A stretch of DNA of 64,000 nt from an uncultured Verrucomicrobiae bacterium (GCA_963726745.1 CAVSDR010000003.1:512001-576000); one strand, 5' to 3'; numbered from the stretch's first letter, positions 1 through 9,297 are shown. Notes: generated by a model not told the origin, from the sequence alone. Translations and numbers: made by a program.

Positions 1-688
1 GGCCTCGACGCTGCCGTAGCTCTGCCACATGGTGAGGAGTTCGCGGCAGAGGCGGACATTCTGCTCGATGATATTCAACTCCTTCGCGGAGGTGGCAGTC
101 TTGCCGTTCTCGGCTTCGGAGGCCTCGAGCTTTTTCGCGAGCAACTGCACGTAACCCCAGACGATCGTGAGCGGGTTTCCGAGATCGTGCACGAATTCCG
201 CGGAAGCCTGGCCGAGCGAGGCCAGCCGCTCCTTTTGCGCAAGCTCCTTGAGCAAGCGGTTGTTGAGCTCGCGGATCTCGGTCGCCGCCGTGTCGCCAGT
301 GCGCTGGACTGCGGGTGCGCTCGACGTTGCGGCTGATGACATCCCGCATTTCATGCGCATCGAAAGGCTTACTGATGTAGTCGTTTGCGCCCAGGCGGAG
401 CGCTTCCTGCGCGGTCTCGAGCGCGCCAAAGCCGGTGAGCATGATCACGGCGACGTGCGGATCGATCTCGCGAATGAGACGGAGACCATCGATGCCGTTG
501 GTTCCGGGCATGCGGATATCGGTGATGACCGCATCGGGATGCTTCTCGCGAAGAAGACGCAATCCATTTTCCACCGAGTCGGCCAGATGTACCTGATAGT
601 TTGGCTTCAGGAGCATGCGGAGACTTTCGCGCGGCCCCATCTCATCATCGATAACGAGGACTTGAGGAAGTTCAGGGCAGGCGGTCAT
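1..688 (-). CDS. Hybrid receiver-domain/histidine kinase (REC-HisKA), runs off the window start; one extra base near 310
   Basis: Manual translation from ATG at 688: MTACPELPQVLVIDDEMGPRESLRMLL..VITDIRMPGTNG..IMLTGFG..ANDYISKPF (complete receiver motifs). After a +1 shift at about 310 it reads KERLASLGQASAEFVHDLGNPLTIVWGY (H-box). Absent from the ORF track. Confidence 0.85.
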   Translation of the reverse strand, partial: MTACPELPQVLVIDDEMGPRESLRMLLKPNYQVHLADSVENGLRLLREKHPDAVITDIRMPGTNGIDGLRLIREIDPHVAVIMLTGFGALETAQEALRLGANDYISKPFDAHEMRDVISRNVERTRSPAHWRHGGDRDPRAQQPLAQGACAKGAAGLARPGFRGIRARSRKPAHDRLGLRAVAREKARGLRSRERQDCHLREGVEYHRAECPPLPRTPHHVAELRQRRG

Positions 689-710
689 AGGAGAAAGCAA
701 AGCCAGAGAA

Positions 711-726
711 AGCTAAGGCCGTGCCG
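711..726 (-). promoter_or_regulatory. Putative sigma54 (-24/-12) promoter for the REC-HK gene
   Basis: Minus strand CGGCACGGCCTTAGCT matches GG-N10-GC with the GGCACG core, about 22 nt upstream of the ATG at 688. Confidence 0.5.
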
Positions 727-748
727 TGGCCGAATGGAATCTTTCGAC

Positions 749-764
749 CGGCACGCTTTGCGCA
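749..764 (+). promoter_or_regulatory. Putative sigma54 promoter for the ketosynthase-kinase operon
   Basis: CGGCACGCTTTGCGCA has GG-N10-GC spacing with the GGCACG core; the TT before GC is not conserved. Confidence 0.4.
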
Positions 765-919
765 TAAAATCCGCCGCCGCATTGGCTGCCAAGAAACAGC
801 CGCCATTGGAAGATGCAACTTGTGAATCCGAAACGATCTGCGCCATATACATAAAGTTTACGAATGCGTAAAGACTGGTTTTGGAGCGAAAACAGCAGCG
901 CACGTGACAGTTACTGGAA

Positions 920-2164
920 ATGCATAAGCGAAATCGGGTGGTGGTGACGGGGATGGGCGTACTCGCTCCAAACGGCACCGGGTTAAAGGCCTTTTGGGAA
1001 TCGCTTCTGGAGGGACGAAGCGGGATCGGGCCGATCACGCTCTTCGATGCCACCGGCTACAAAAGCCGGATCGCGGGCGAGGTAAAAGACTTCGATCCGC
1101 TGGATTATATGGAGGCAGAACTAAAACCAAAGCGGATGGCACGGCATACGCAGTTGGCCTACGCCGCAACCATGATGGCGCTACGCGACGCAGGCCTGGA
1201 CCTGAACAATCTTGAACTCCCGAGCCCGACCCCGGTAATCATCGGGGTAAGCATGAATGCGATGGATGTGGTCGAGCGAGCTTTTCATGTTGTGCAAAAC
1301 GTGAGTCCGAATCGTGCGGCCCCCACAACCTCGGCTGCTTCCATCCCACAAGCGCCGGCGAACGTGATCGCTGATCGCTTGGGTGCCTGTGCGAATGCTT
1401 CCACCGTTTCCTCGGCCTGCCCTTCTGGACTCGACGCCTTGGCCGATGCCGCAGCGATGATCCGCAGCGGAGAGGTTGAATTGGCCGTAGCCGGCGGAAC
1501 GGACGCCCCAATCACTCCATTGGTGATGGCCAGCTTTATCGCCAGCGGCCTTAGTTCGCATAGAAACGACGAGCCCGAAAAAGCGAGTCGGCCCTTTGAT
1601 ATCGATCGCGACACTGGCGTCATTTCCGAAGGCGCAGGCATCATGATTCTCGAAAATCTAGAACGGGCGGAGGCTCGGGGCGCGCGGATTTACCTGGAGA
1701 TCGAGAGCTACGGGAAACAGCGCGACCGCGATCCGGAACGGCCCGCGTCTGGCCTGGAGGACTCGATGCACATCGCGCTGGGTAATGCCGGCTGGACCCC
1801 GGACGACGTGGATTACATATCCGCCTACGGGCCCGGTCACCCGATTCTTGACGCGGCTGAAATCCGGGTAGTGAAGAAATTCTTCGGGGCTCGCTCGTCC
1901 CTGATCCCGGTGAACTCGATTAAAGGCTCAACCGGGAATGCGCTCGCCGCGGGGGGGCCGTTTCAGGTGATCGCCTCCGCCCTCGCGATTCAGCACCAGC
2001 TGATCCCGCCGACGGCCAACTGCGATGTCCTGGATCCGTCCATCGACATGGATATCGTCCGATTTAAGCCGCGCAGGATTAAATTGAGCCGGCTTTTGAT
2101 CAACGTTCGCGGTCTGGGGGGAAGCGCCAGCACCATGGCCGTGAGCCAAGTAAATGGCCGATGA
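920..2164 (+). CDS. FabF-like beta-ketoacyl synthase family protein with altered catalytic residues (Cys kept; His to Tyr; His to Asn)
   Basis: RVVVTGMGV start and ASRPFDxDRDxxVISEGAG motif. Active-site segments SACPSG, ISAYGPGH and SIKGSTGNAL correspond to TACAT, VNAHATST and STKSMTGHLL in the canonical FabF at 56641. Confidence 0.9.
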   Translation: MHKRNRVVVTGMGVLAPNGTGLKAFWESLLEGRSGIGPITLFDATGYKSRIAGEVKDFDPLDYMEAELKPKRMARHTQLAYAATMMALRDAGLDLNNLELPSPTPVIIGVSMNAMDVVERAFHVVQNVSPNRAAPTTSAASIPQAPANVIADRLGACANASTVSSACPSGLDALADAAAMIRSGEVELAVAGGTDAPITPLVMASFIASGLSSHRNDEPEKASRPFDIDRDTGVISEGAGIMILENLERAEARGARIYLEIESYGKQRDRDPERPASGLEDSMHIALGNAGWTPDDVDYISAYGPGHPILDAAEIRVVKKFFGARSSLIPVNSIKGSTGNALAAGGPFQVIASALAIQHQLIPPTANCDVLDPSIDMDIVRFKPRRIKLSRLLINVRGLGGSASTMAVSQVNGR

Positions 2165-4683
2165 GTGGAGCGGCCATCTCCACCCTCATTGCGATTGCAG
2201 TCCAAGTCGCACTGGGATTAGCGGTCTACCAAGCGAATCGCCACCGTCGAGCAAACCAAAGCTTTCTACTGCTCTCGGGGGTGATTGGCATCTGGCTGGG
2301 AAGTCTCTACCAAACTATGACGGTGAGCCGCAGCGGCGAAGCGCTGTTCTACATCCGGCAAGCATCGGCCGCCGGGGCCTACATCTTGGTTGCTTTTCAC
2401 ATCCTTCGTTTGTCGATGCAGACAGGCGAGCACTCCTGGAAAGTCATTTTTTTCAAGGCCCGCTGGTGGCTGGGGATGGGCACGGCCGTTGCGGTTTTCT
2501 GCCAGACAAACTTTTTCCTGAAAGGAGTCAGCTGGACGCAGTCAGCAACATCTGGAGTTCCGACGCCAACGCCGGTCTACGGAACGGCTGCCTTCGTCTT
2601 CGTGGCCTATTTCATCATCGCGGGCGTTTCCTACGTGGTTGGATATGCCCGCGATCTGCGCCGCTCCAGCGGACGCCAGCAGGCTGAGATCGCCTTTATC
2701 CTCATCGGCGCGGTCGTGACGCTGGCCACTGTGCTGATCGCCTTTGTCCTGCGCTTCTTTGTTGATCAATCCCGGTTGATCTGGTTCGCGCCTTTTCGGA
2801 TCGTTCTCTTCAGCCTCATCATTGCCTACGGCATCGCGACCCAAAAGATCATGGAGGTGGGTCTCTTTATAAGGCGCGCGATTGGCTACAGCCTTCTCAC
2901 CCTTTACCTCCTCGCGCTTTACGGAGTCGTTTGGTGGCTGGTTCTCACCGTGGCGGGGCCCGTCTTTGCCGGTGATGCCTCCCGCATCGCCCATGTCCTG
3001 GCCGCCATCGCGATTGCTTTCGCCATGGCCCCTGCACGGGGAGTTTCTCAAGGCGTGGCCGACCGGCTATTCATAGGATCACGCCGCCTCGATTTTCGCG
3101 CCACGGTGAACAAGGCCATTGCCATCCTCCGGTCAGTCAGCACCATCAGCGAGTTGCTCGAAAAATTTGCCACCACCATCGCCGAGGCGGTGGATACCGA
3201 CCGCATCCTCATTCTGCAGCCGAGTCGCATCGGCTTTGCCCAGCAATACCCCCCATTGCCTGCGACCGGAAGAGTCGGCTTGATCGAGCTGAGTAAAGAC
3301 GATCCGCTGATTCGGCACCTCGAAATGAGTCCGGAACCGATCGTCCTGGACGAGATCAATCTCATCCGGCCGACTCCGCAAATGGAGCGTGTCGCCCGAC
3401 GAATGGGCTCGATTCAGATTGCGGTCGCCGTCGGCATTTTCTCCCGCGACCAACTTGCCGGCGTCCTGCTTCTAGGGCCTCGCCGCTCTGGCCAAATCTA
3501 TGGGAGCGCCGAGCAAAACGCACTGCAAGTGCTTTCGGGGCAGCTCGCGGTGGCGATCGAAAACGCGCACCTCTTTACCGAAGTGCAGAACGCGAAGATC
3601 TACAACGAAACCCTGCTGCAAAACATGACCACGGGGGTAATCGCGGCCGATGTGGACGGGCTGATTTCCGTCTTCAACCGGGAGGCGGAGCAGATCACCA
3701 ATCTGTCCTCGACAAATCTCGTGGGCGAAGCGGTCTACGTTTTACCGCTGGCCTTGCGCGAGGTCATCCAGGACACCCTGCGCTCCGGCGAGCGGCAGGA
3801 GAATCGGGAGCTCGAGCTGCAGGCAAAAGGCGAGGAAGTGATCGTGCGCGCGAGCAGCTCGGTCTTCCACGGCGAGGATGGGACCATGCTCGGCGCGATG
3901 ATGGTGTTGACCGATGTGACCGCGCTGAAGCGCCTGGAATTGCAGATTCGCCGGAGCGATCGCCTCGCCAGCCTGGGCACGCTTTCCGCCGGGATGGCGC
4001 ACGAAATCAAGAACCCGCTGGTCTCGATCAAAACCTTTGCGCAACTCTTGCCAGAGCGGTATCAGGACAGCGATTTCCGCGAGACTTTCTCGAATCTCAT
4101 CGGGCACGAGATCGACCGGATCGACTCCCTCGTGAACCAATTGCTCCGTTTCGCCAAGCCGACCAAGCCGCTCCTCAAGCCCGTGCACTTGCACGAAGTG
4201 CTGGAAAAGTCGCTCATGCTCGTCGGGCACCGCCTCTACCAGAAAGAAATCAAATTAACTCGTTCGTGGAATGCGGATGTGGATACTATCCGCGCTGATG
4301 GCGACCAGATGGAGCAGGTTTTCCTTAACTTTTTCCTGAACGCCATGGACGCGATGCAGCAGGGCGGCGAGCTCACCGTCTCCACCGAAATCCGCCCCGC
4401 AAATGACTGGGCGGCGCTCAAGGGCACCGGTCGCAGCGGCGAAATCCTGCGCGTGACCGTGCGCGACAACGGCGAGGGCATCAAGGCCGAGAACGTGGCC
4501 CACGTCTTCGATCCATTTTTTACCACCAAGGACTACGGCACCGGCCTCGGCCTTTCCGTGGTCCATGGGATTGTGCAGGAACATGGCGGCCAAATCGAAG
4601 TAGAGAGCGAGCTCGCCCAGGGAACCTCGTTCCACATCCTCCTCCCCTTGGTGCGCTTCGTTGAGGAGGTCGCCGCCGCATGA
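2161..4683 (+). CDS. Multi-pass membrane sensor histidine kinase (7TM-like N-terminus, GAF, PAS, HisKA, HATPase_c)
   Basis: About 9 hydrophobic helices in the first 290 aa, GAF-like segment ending LAVAIENA, PAS (TGVIAAD..FNREAE), H-box AHEIKNPL, N-box NFFLNAMDA, DNGEG, FDPFFTTK, GTGLGL. ATGA overlap with the upstream gene. Confidence 0.93.
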   Translation: MSGAAISTLIAIAVQVALGLAVYQANRHRRANQSFLLLSGVIGIWLGSLYQTMTVSRSGEALFYIRQASAAGAYILVAFHILRLSMQTGEHSWKVIFFKARWWLGMGTAVAVFCQTNFFLKGVSWTQSATSGVPTPTPVYGTAAFVFVAYFIIAGVSYVVGYARDLRRSSGRQQAEIAFILIGAVVTLATVLIAFVLRFFVDQSRLIWFAPFRIVLFSLIIAYGIATQKIMEVGLFIRRAIGYSLLTLYLLALYGVVWWLVLTVAGPVFAGDASRIAHVLAAIAIAFAMAPARGVSQGVADRLFIGSRRLDFRATVNKAIAILRSVSTISELLEKFATTIAEAVDTDRILILQPSRIGFAQQYPPLPATGRVGLIELSKDDPLIRHLEMSPEPIVLDEINLIRPTPQMERVARRMGSIQIAVAVGIFSRDQLAGVLLLGPRRSGQIYGSAEQNALQVLSGQLAVAIENAHLFTEVQNAKIYNETLLQNMTTGVIAADVDGLISVFNREAEQITNLSSTNLVGEAVYVLPLALREVIQDTLRSGERQENRELELQAKGEEVIVRASSSVFHGEDGTMLGAMMVLTDVTALKRLELQIRRSDRLASLGTLSAGMAHEIKNPLVSIKTFAQLLPERYQDSDFRETFSNLIGHEIDRIDSLVNQLLRFAKPTKPLLKPVHLHEVLEKSLMLVGHRLYQKEIKLTRSWNADVDTIRADGDQMEQVFLNFFLNAMDAMQQGGELTVSTEIRPANDWAALKGTGRSGEILRVTVRDNGEGIKAENVAHVFDPFFTTKDYGTGLGLSVVHGIVQEHGGQIEVESELAQGTSFHILLPLVRFVEEVAAA

Positions 4684-6686
4684 CCCTGCCTCCGGTCTGC
4701 ATCTTGTACAGTCAGGATGCCGACCTTGTCCGGCGCGTAAAAGCCTTCCTGCGGCTCGTCGCCCAGGTGCGTCACGTCGGCCAACTCGACCGGCTCGATG
4801 CCGTCCTGCAACAGGCCAGCCCGGCGTTGCTCTTCCTTGACCTGCGCGCGGAAGGCGCGCGCGATCTCGTCGGCCAGGTGCAAAAGGAGTGGCCGGAAGT
4901 TTTACTCACCGCGCTGGGTGCGCCGCGCTCCGAGCCGCTGCGCGAGGCCGAACAATGCGGCATCTATGCGGTGGAGGATTTGCAACTCGATCGCCGGCGC
5001 TTCCAGGCACTCGTTAGCCGCGGCTTCGATCACCTCCGCTTGATGCAAGAAAACCGCGAGCTGCGCGACCAAAACAACGCCACCCCTACGCCGGAACCGC
5101 CGCGCCGGCTGGACCAGACGCCCGACCGCTACGCCCCTTCCATGCCGCTGCTGCGCTTCCCGCGCGTCTTCCGCCGCTTCGATAATGTCGAGACGCTGCT
5201 CGCGACCGTCGTGGAAGGTGTGGCCGATGCCGCCGGGGTCACGCGCGTGGGTATTTTCTCGCGCATCCGCCAGAGCGATCGCTACCGCCTGCGCGCCGGG
5301 CTGCGTTGTCTCCAGGAAACTTACGAGATCGAATATGGCGAGCGCGACGCCCTCGTGCGCTGGTTCGAGCTGCATGCGCATTTGATTTGCCGGAACAATC
5401 TCGCGCAGGCTTCCGATGCTCCGCAGCGCGCCCTCATGCGCCGCGCGCTCGATACTTTTGGCGCCGAGGTCATCGTCCCGCTCTACGCTCGCGGGAGCAT
5501 CATCGGCTGGCTCTTCTTTGGCCACAAAGTCACCGGGCAACGCTTCGAATATCCCGACCTCGAGAACCTGATGATGCTCGCGGAGCATGTCTCGACCGTG
5601 CTCGAGAATGCCCTCCTCTACGAGGAAGTGACGGTGCAGAAAACTCTCGCCGAGACGCTCCTGAAATCGATTCCGCCGGGCATTGTTGCGACCGACGAGG
5701 ACGCGATCATTCGCTGGTTCAACCCGACCGCCGAACAAATCCTCGGCCTGCGCGCGGAGGACGTGATCAACCATCCCGTCGAGGCCGCCGGCACCCGGCT
5801 CGCCTCATTCCTGCGCGAAACTCTCGAGGCGAAATCCCATCTTCCTTCGCAGCAATGGATCGACGCCAACACCCGGCGTTCTCTCTCGGTGGAGACGCGG
5901 CGCCTCGTCGGCGAACGCACCCCATTGGGCGCCGTTGCGGTAGTGCAGGACCTGACGAACGAAGAGAGCCTGCGGCAAAAGAAAGACCTGCTCGATCGCG
6001 CCGCTTTCTGGACCGATCTGGCCGCAAGCATGTCGCACGAAATTCGTAATCCGCTGGTCGCGATCAAAACCTTCGCGCAGCTCCTGCCGGAGCGCTTCGA
6101 GGACGAGGATTTCCGGCGCGACTTCAATCACATCGTCGTCGAGGAGGTCGATCGCCTCGATAAGATCATCAGCCAAATCAACGACTTTGCGCATCCGCCG
6201 GAGTTGATCATGCGCCCGATCGACCTGCGTGCTTCCGTGCGCCGCGCGCTCGAGGTCGCACGTGAGAAGTTTCACACCAATGGCACCCCGGTGGAAATCG
6301 ACCTGCCGCCCGATCTCCCTCGCGTCCTCGGCGATGAAGGCGCACTCACCGAAGCCTTCGCCCATCTCGTTGCCAATGCCGCCGAGGCCACTCACGGCCA
6401 GGCGAAACCGAAGATCACCCTCGCGGCCAAATCCATTCGCACCGGCGAGGCCACCAGCGGCGTCGTCGTGATCGTGCAGGATAACGGCGGCGGCATTTCG
6501 CCCGATCTGAAGGACAAAGTCTTCTCGCCTTTCTGCACCACCAAGGCCCGCGGCATGGGCCTGGGCCTCCCGATCGTCAAGCGCACCGTGTTCGATCACA
6601 ACGGCCGCGTGGACATCGACTCGAACCCGCAGGGCACCTCCGTCAGCGTCATGCTTCCGGTGACGGAGTTGCGGCTTTCTTCCTAG
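4680..6686 (+). CDS. Cytoplasmic histidine kinase (degenerate receiver-like N-terminus, GAF, PAS, HisKA, HATPase_c)
   Basis: H-box SHEIRNPL, DNGGG, FSPFCTTK, GMGLGL, GAF ending VLENA, PAS GIVATD..FNPTAE. ATGA overlap with the upstream kinase. Confidence 0.9.
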   Translation: MTLPPVCILYSQDADLVRRVKAFLRLVAQVRHVGQLDRLDAVLQQASPALLFLDLRAEGARDLVGQVQKEWPEVLLTALGAPRSEPLREAEQCGIYAVEDLQLDRRRFQALVSRGFDHLRLMQENRELRDQNNATPTPEPPRRLDQTPDRYAPSMPLLRFPRVFRRFDNVETLLATVVEGVADAAGVTRVGIFSRIRQSDRYRLRAGLRCLQETYEIEYGERDALVRWFELHAHLICRNNLAQASDAPQRALMRRALDTFGAEVIVPLYARGSIIGWLFFGHKVTGQRFEYPDLENLMMLAEHVSTVLENALLYEEVTVQKTLAETLLKSIPPGIVATDEDAIIRWFNPTAEQILGLRAEDVINHPVEAAGTRLASFLRETLEAKSHLPSQQWIDANTRRSLSVETRRLVGERTPLGAVAVVQDLTNEESLRQKKDLLDRAAFWTDLAASMSHEIRNPLVAIKTFAQLLPERFEDEDFRRDFNHIVVEEVDRLDKIISQINDFAHPPELIMRPIDLRASVRRALEVAREKFHTNGTPVEIDLPPDLPRVLGDEGALTEAFAHLVANAAEATHGQAKPKITLAAKSIRTGEATSGVVVIVQDNGGGISPDLKDKVFSPFCTTKARGMGLGLPIVKRTVFDHNGRVDIDSNPQGTSVSVMLPVTELRLSS

Positions 6687-6755
6687 AAATCAGCCGGCGC
6701 GCTCGCAGCCGCCTTTAGGCTTTTGCCGGGAAGCTTTTCGGTTAGCTTCGAGCCC

Positions 6756-7703
6756 ATGATCGTCACCACCGACCAGCTTTACAAAGTCGCCTACAAGAAA
6801 TTCGCCGTCGGCGCTTACAACATCAACAACCTCGAGCAGACCATGGGGCTCTTCCGCGGCAACGTGCAGAGCAAAGCCCCGTTCATCATCCAGCTGTCTA
6901 AAGGCGCGCGGAATTACACCGACAAGCGCATGCTCGAAGCGATCATCCGCACCGCGGAGGAAATTTTCCCCGACGCAATCTTCGCGGTGCATCTCGACCA
7001 CGGCGACGAACAGACCTGCTACGACTGCATCGATAGCGGCTTCTACAGCTCGGTCATGATCGATGCGAGCCACGAGTCCTTCGAGGAAAACATCGCCATC
7101 ACCAAGCGCGTGGTCGAGCGCGCGCATGCCAAGGGCATCAGCGTCGAGGCGGAGCTCGGGATGCTCGGCGGCGTGGAGGAAGACATCAAAGTCGACGAGA
7201 AACACGCCTGCCTAACGAACCCTGAAGAAGCGGTCGAGTTCGTCAAGCAAACCGGCTGCGACTCGCTCGCGGCCGCGATCGGCACCAGCCACGGCGCCTA
7301 CAAATTCAAGGGCCAGCAGTCGCTCCGCTTCGACGTCATCGAGGCGATCTCCCAGAAGTGCCCCGGGATGCCCATCGTGATGCACGGCAGCTCCAGCGTG
7401 CCGGTCGAAGAGGTCAAACGAATCAACGCAGCCGGCGGCCAGCTCGACCCGAGCGCGCGCGGGGTGAACGAAGAGGAATACCTTCCGGCCGCCAAACTCG
7501 GCGTGACCAAGGTGAACATCGACACCGATGGCCGCCTCGTCTGGACGCGCGTGCACCGCGAGTTCTTCCGCGACAAGCCGGCCGAATTCGACTTCCGTCC
7601 GCCGGGCAAAGTTTTCATGCAGGCCTACGCCGATTTCATCGCGCACAAGAACGAGAAGCTCGGCTCGGCCGGCAAGCTCGACGAGATTCGCGCGAGCCTG
7701 TGA
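6756..7703 (+). CDS. fba: Class II fructose-bisphosphate aldolase
   Basis: AVGAYNINN, VHLDHG, VEAELG, AIGTSHG, VMHGSS and KVNIDTD motifs; start taken at MIVTT. Confidence 0.93.
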   Translation: MIVTTDQLYKVAYKKFAVGAYNINNLEQTMGLFRGNVQSKAPFIIQLSKGARNYTDKRMLEAIIRTAEEIFPDAIFAVHLDHGDEQTCYDCIDSGFYSSVMIDASHESFEENIAITKRVVERAHAKGISVEAELGMLGGVEEDIKVDEKHACLTNPEEAVEFVKQTGCDSLAAAIGTSHGAYKFKGQQSLRFDVIEAISQKCPGMPIVMHGSSSVPVEEVKRINAAGGQLDPSARGVNEEEYLPAAKLGVTKVNIDTDGRLVWTRVHREFFRDKPAEFDFRPPGKVFMQAYADFIAHKNEKLGSAGKLDEIRASL

Positions 7704-8720
7704 CGTTTACCGTCCAGGAATTGGCGGCGATTTCCGGCGGTGAGATCGTGGGCGATCCGCAGCAGTGTGTCACCGGCGCGGCGCCGCTCGGCGAGGCTGG
7801 CGAAGGTGACCTGACCTTCTTCGGCCACCCGAAATACGCCGCGCAACTTCGGCGCACCAAAGCGTCGGCTATTTTTGTCCCGGCCGATTTTGCCGAAGCG
7901 ACACCAGCGGTCCAAATCCGCGTGGAAAATCCCGCGAGGGCGTTCCAGGAAGTCGTCCTCAAGCTCGCGCCCGAGCCGGTGCGTTTCGCTCCCGGAATCC
8001 ATCCAAGCGCCGTGATCGCAGCGGACGTGAAGCTCGGCGCAGATGTCTCCGATCCAGCCGCATGCGATCATCGAGGCAGGCGTGGAAATCGCCGAGCGCA
8101 CCGTCATCGGCGCGAACTGCTATCTCGGTCACGGAACGAAGGTCGGGGCGGATTGTTTGCTCTATCCAAACGTTGTCGTCCGCGAACGCACCGTCATCGG
8201 CGCGCGCGTGATCTTGCACAGCGGCGTGGTCCTCGGCGCGGATGGTTTTGGCTTCGAGATCGTGGAAGGCCGCCAGCAAAAAGTCCCGCAAATCGGGATC
8301 GTGCAGATCGATGACGACGTGGAGATCGGCGCGAACAGCACCGTGGATCGCGCACGCTTTGGCCGCACCTGGATTCAGCAAGGTGCGAAGATCGACAACC
8401 TGGTCATGATCGCGCACAACGTCGTGGTGGGCGCGCATTCCGTGATCGCCGCGCAGACCGGCGTCGCCGGCAGTTCGCGCCTCGGCGCTTATGTCATGAT
8501 CGGCGGGCAAGCCGGCATTACCGGACATGTGGAAGTCGGCGAGCAGGTGATCATCGGTGCCAAAACCGGCGTCTCGAAAGATCTTCCCGCGAAGAGCGGG
8601 ATCTGGTGGGGCATCCCAGCCGCGCCCATTCGCGAGTCGCACGAGCAGCTCGCGTGGATTCGCCGGCTGGGGAAACTCTTCGCGCGGGTAAAGGCGCTGG
8701 AAGAGAAGCTCGGGAAATAG
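7700..8720 (+). CDS. lpxD: UDP-3-O-(3-hydroxyacyl)glucosamine N-acyltransferase; one extra base near 8049
   Basis: N-domain (GTG 7700, TFTVQELA..GDLTFF..NPARAF..GIHPSAVI) and hexapeptide repeats with GADGFGF, DNLVMIAHN, GITGH lie in two frames joined at GTCTCCGATC. Confidence 0.9.
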
Positions 8721-8796
8721 CCGGCAACTTCACGCCGCCTAACGAGTCCCCGCTTTTTCCGGGAAGAACCGGCGCAGCGTGAAGCTTGCGCGGCCG

Positions 8797-8812
8797 TGGC
8801 AAGGCACCTGCT
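8797..8812 (+). promoter_or_regulatory. Putative sigma54 promoter
   Basis: TGGCAAGGCACCTGCT is a close TGGCA-N7-TGCW match, followed by an AT-rich stretch and the ATG at 8848. Confidence 0.55.
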
Positions 8813-8847
8813 TTATAGTAATTATAAGCCGAACCAGCCACCCAACT

Positions 8848-9297
8848 ATGAAACTTCTCTCCCGCGCCGAGACCGAATTCCTCATCATCGACGACGATCC
8901 CGCGATCGCGAAATTCCTCGTCACCTACCTGCAGCAAAAAGGCCACACCTGCGAGTCGCTCACCGAAGGCTTCCGGACCGCCGCTTGGCTCGAGCACAAT
9001 CGTTGCGACGTCGTGATTGTGGATTTGAACATGCCCAAGGTGGACGGCATCTCGCTGATTACTTACATCCGCGAAATGAGCACCACGCTTCCGATCATTG
9101 TCTTCACCGGCGTGGGCTATGATGAAGAGCGCATGCACACCGCGCTCCGCGCCGGGGCCAACGGCTACGTGAGCAAGAATCTCCCGGTGGAACAACTTTA
9201 CTGCGTCCTCTCCCGCGTCCTCGCCACCTGCCAGCAGCGCGCCCGGCGCGATGCGCTGAACGTCCGCGCGCACCACGCGCTTGCCGGCGCCGCCTAA
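8848..9297 (+). CDS. Single-domain response regulator (receiver only, short C-terminal tail)
   Basis: LIIDDD, VDLNMPKVDG, VFTG and GANGYVSK motifs. Confidence 0.88.
   Translation: MKLLSRAETEFLIIDDDPAIAKFLVTYLQQKGHTCESLTEGFRTAAWLEHNRCDVVIVDLNMPKVDGISLITYIREMSTTLPIIVFTGVGYDEERMHTALRAGANGYVSKNLPVEQLYCVLSRVLATCQQRARRDALNVRAHHALAGAA

Noticed and set aside
167..871. 234-aa plus-strand ORF
   Set aside because: It is antisense to the REC-kinase gene, which has clear motifs.
920..2164. Type II PKS chain-length factor
   Set aside because: The catalytic Cys is retained, and no partner KS-alpha or ACP is adjacent within the window.
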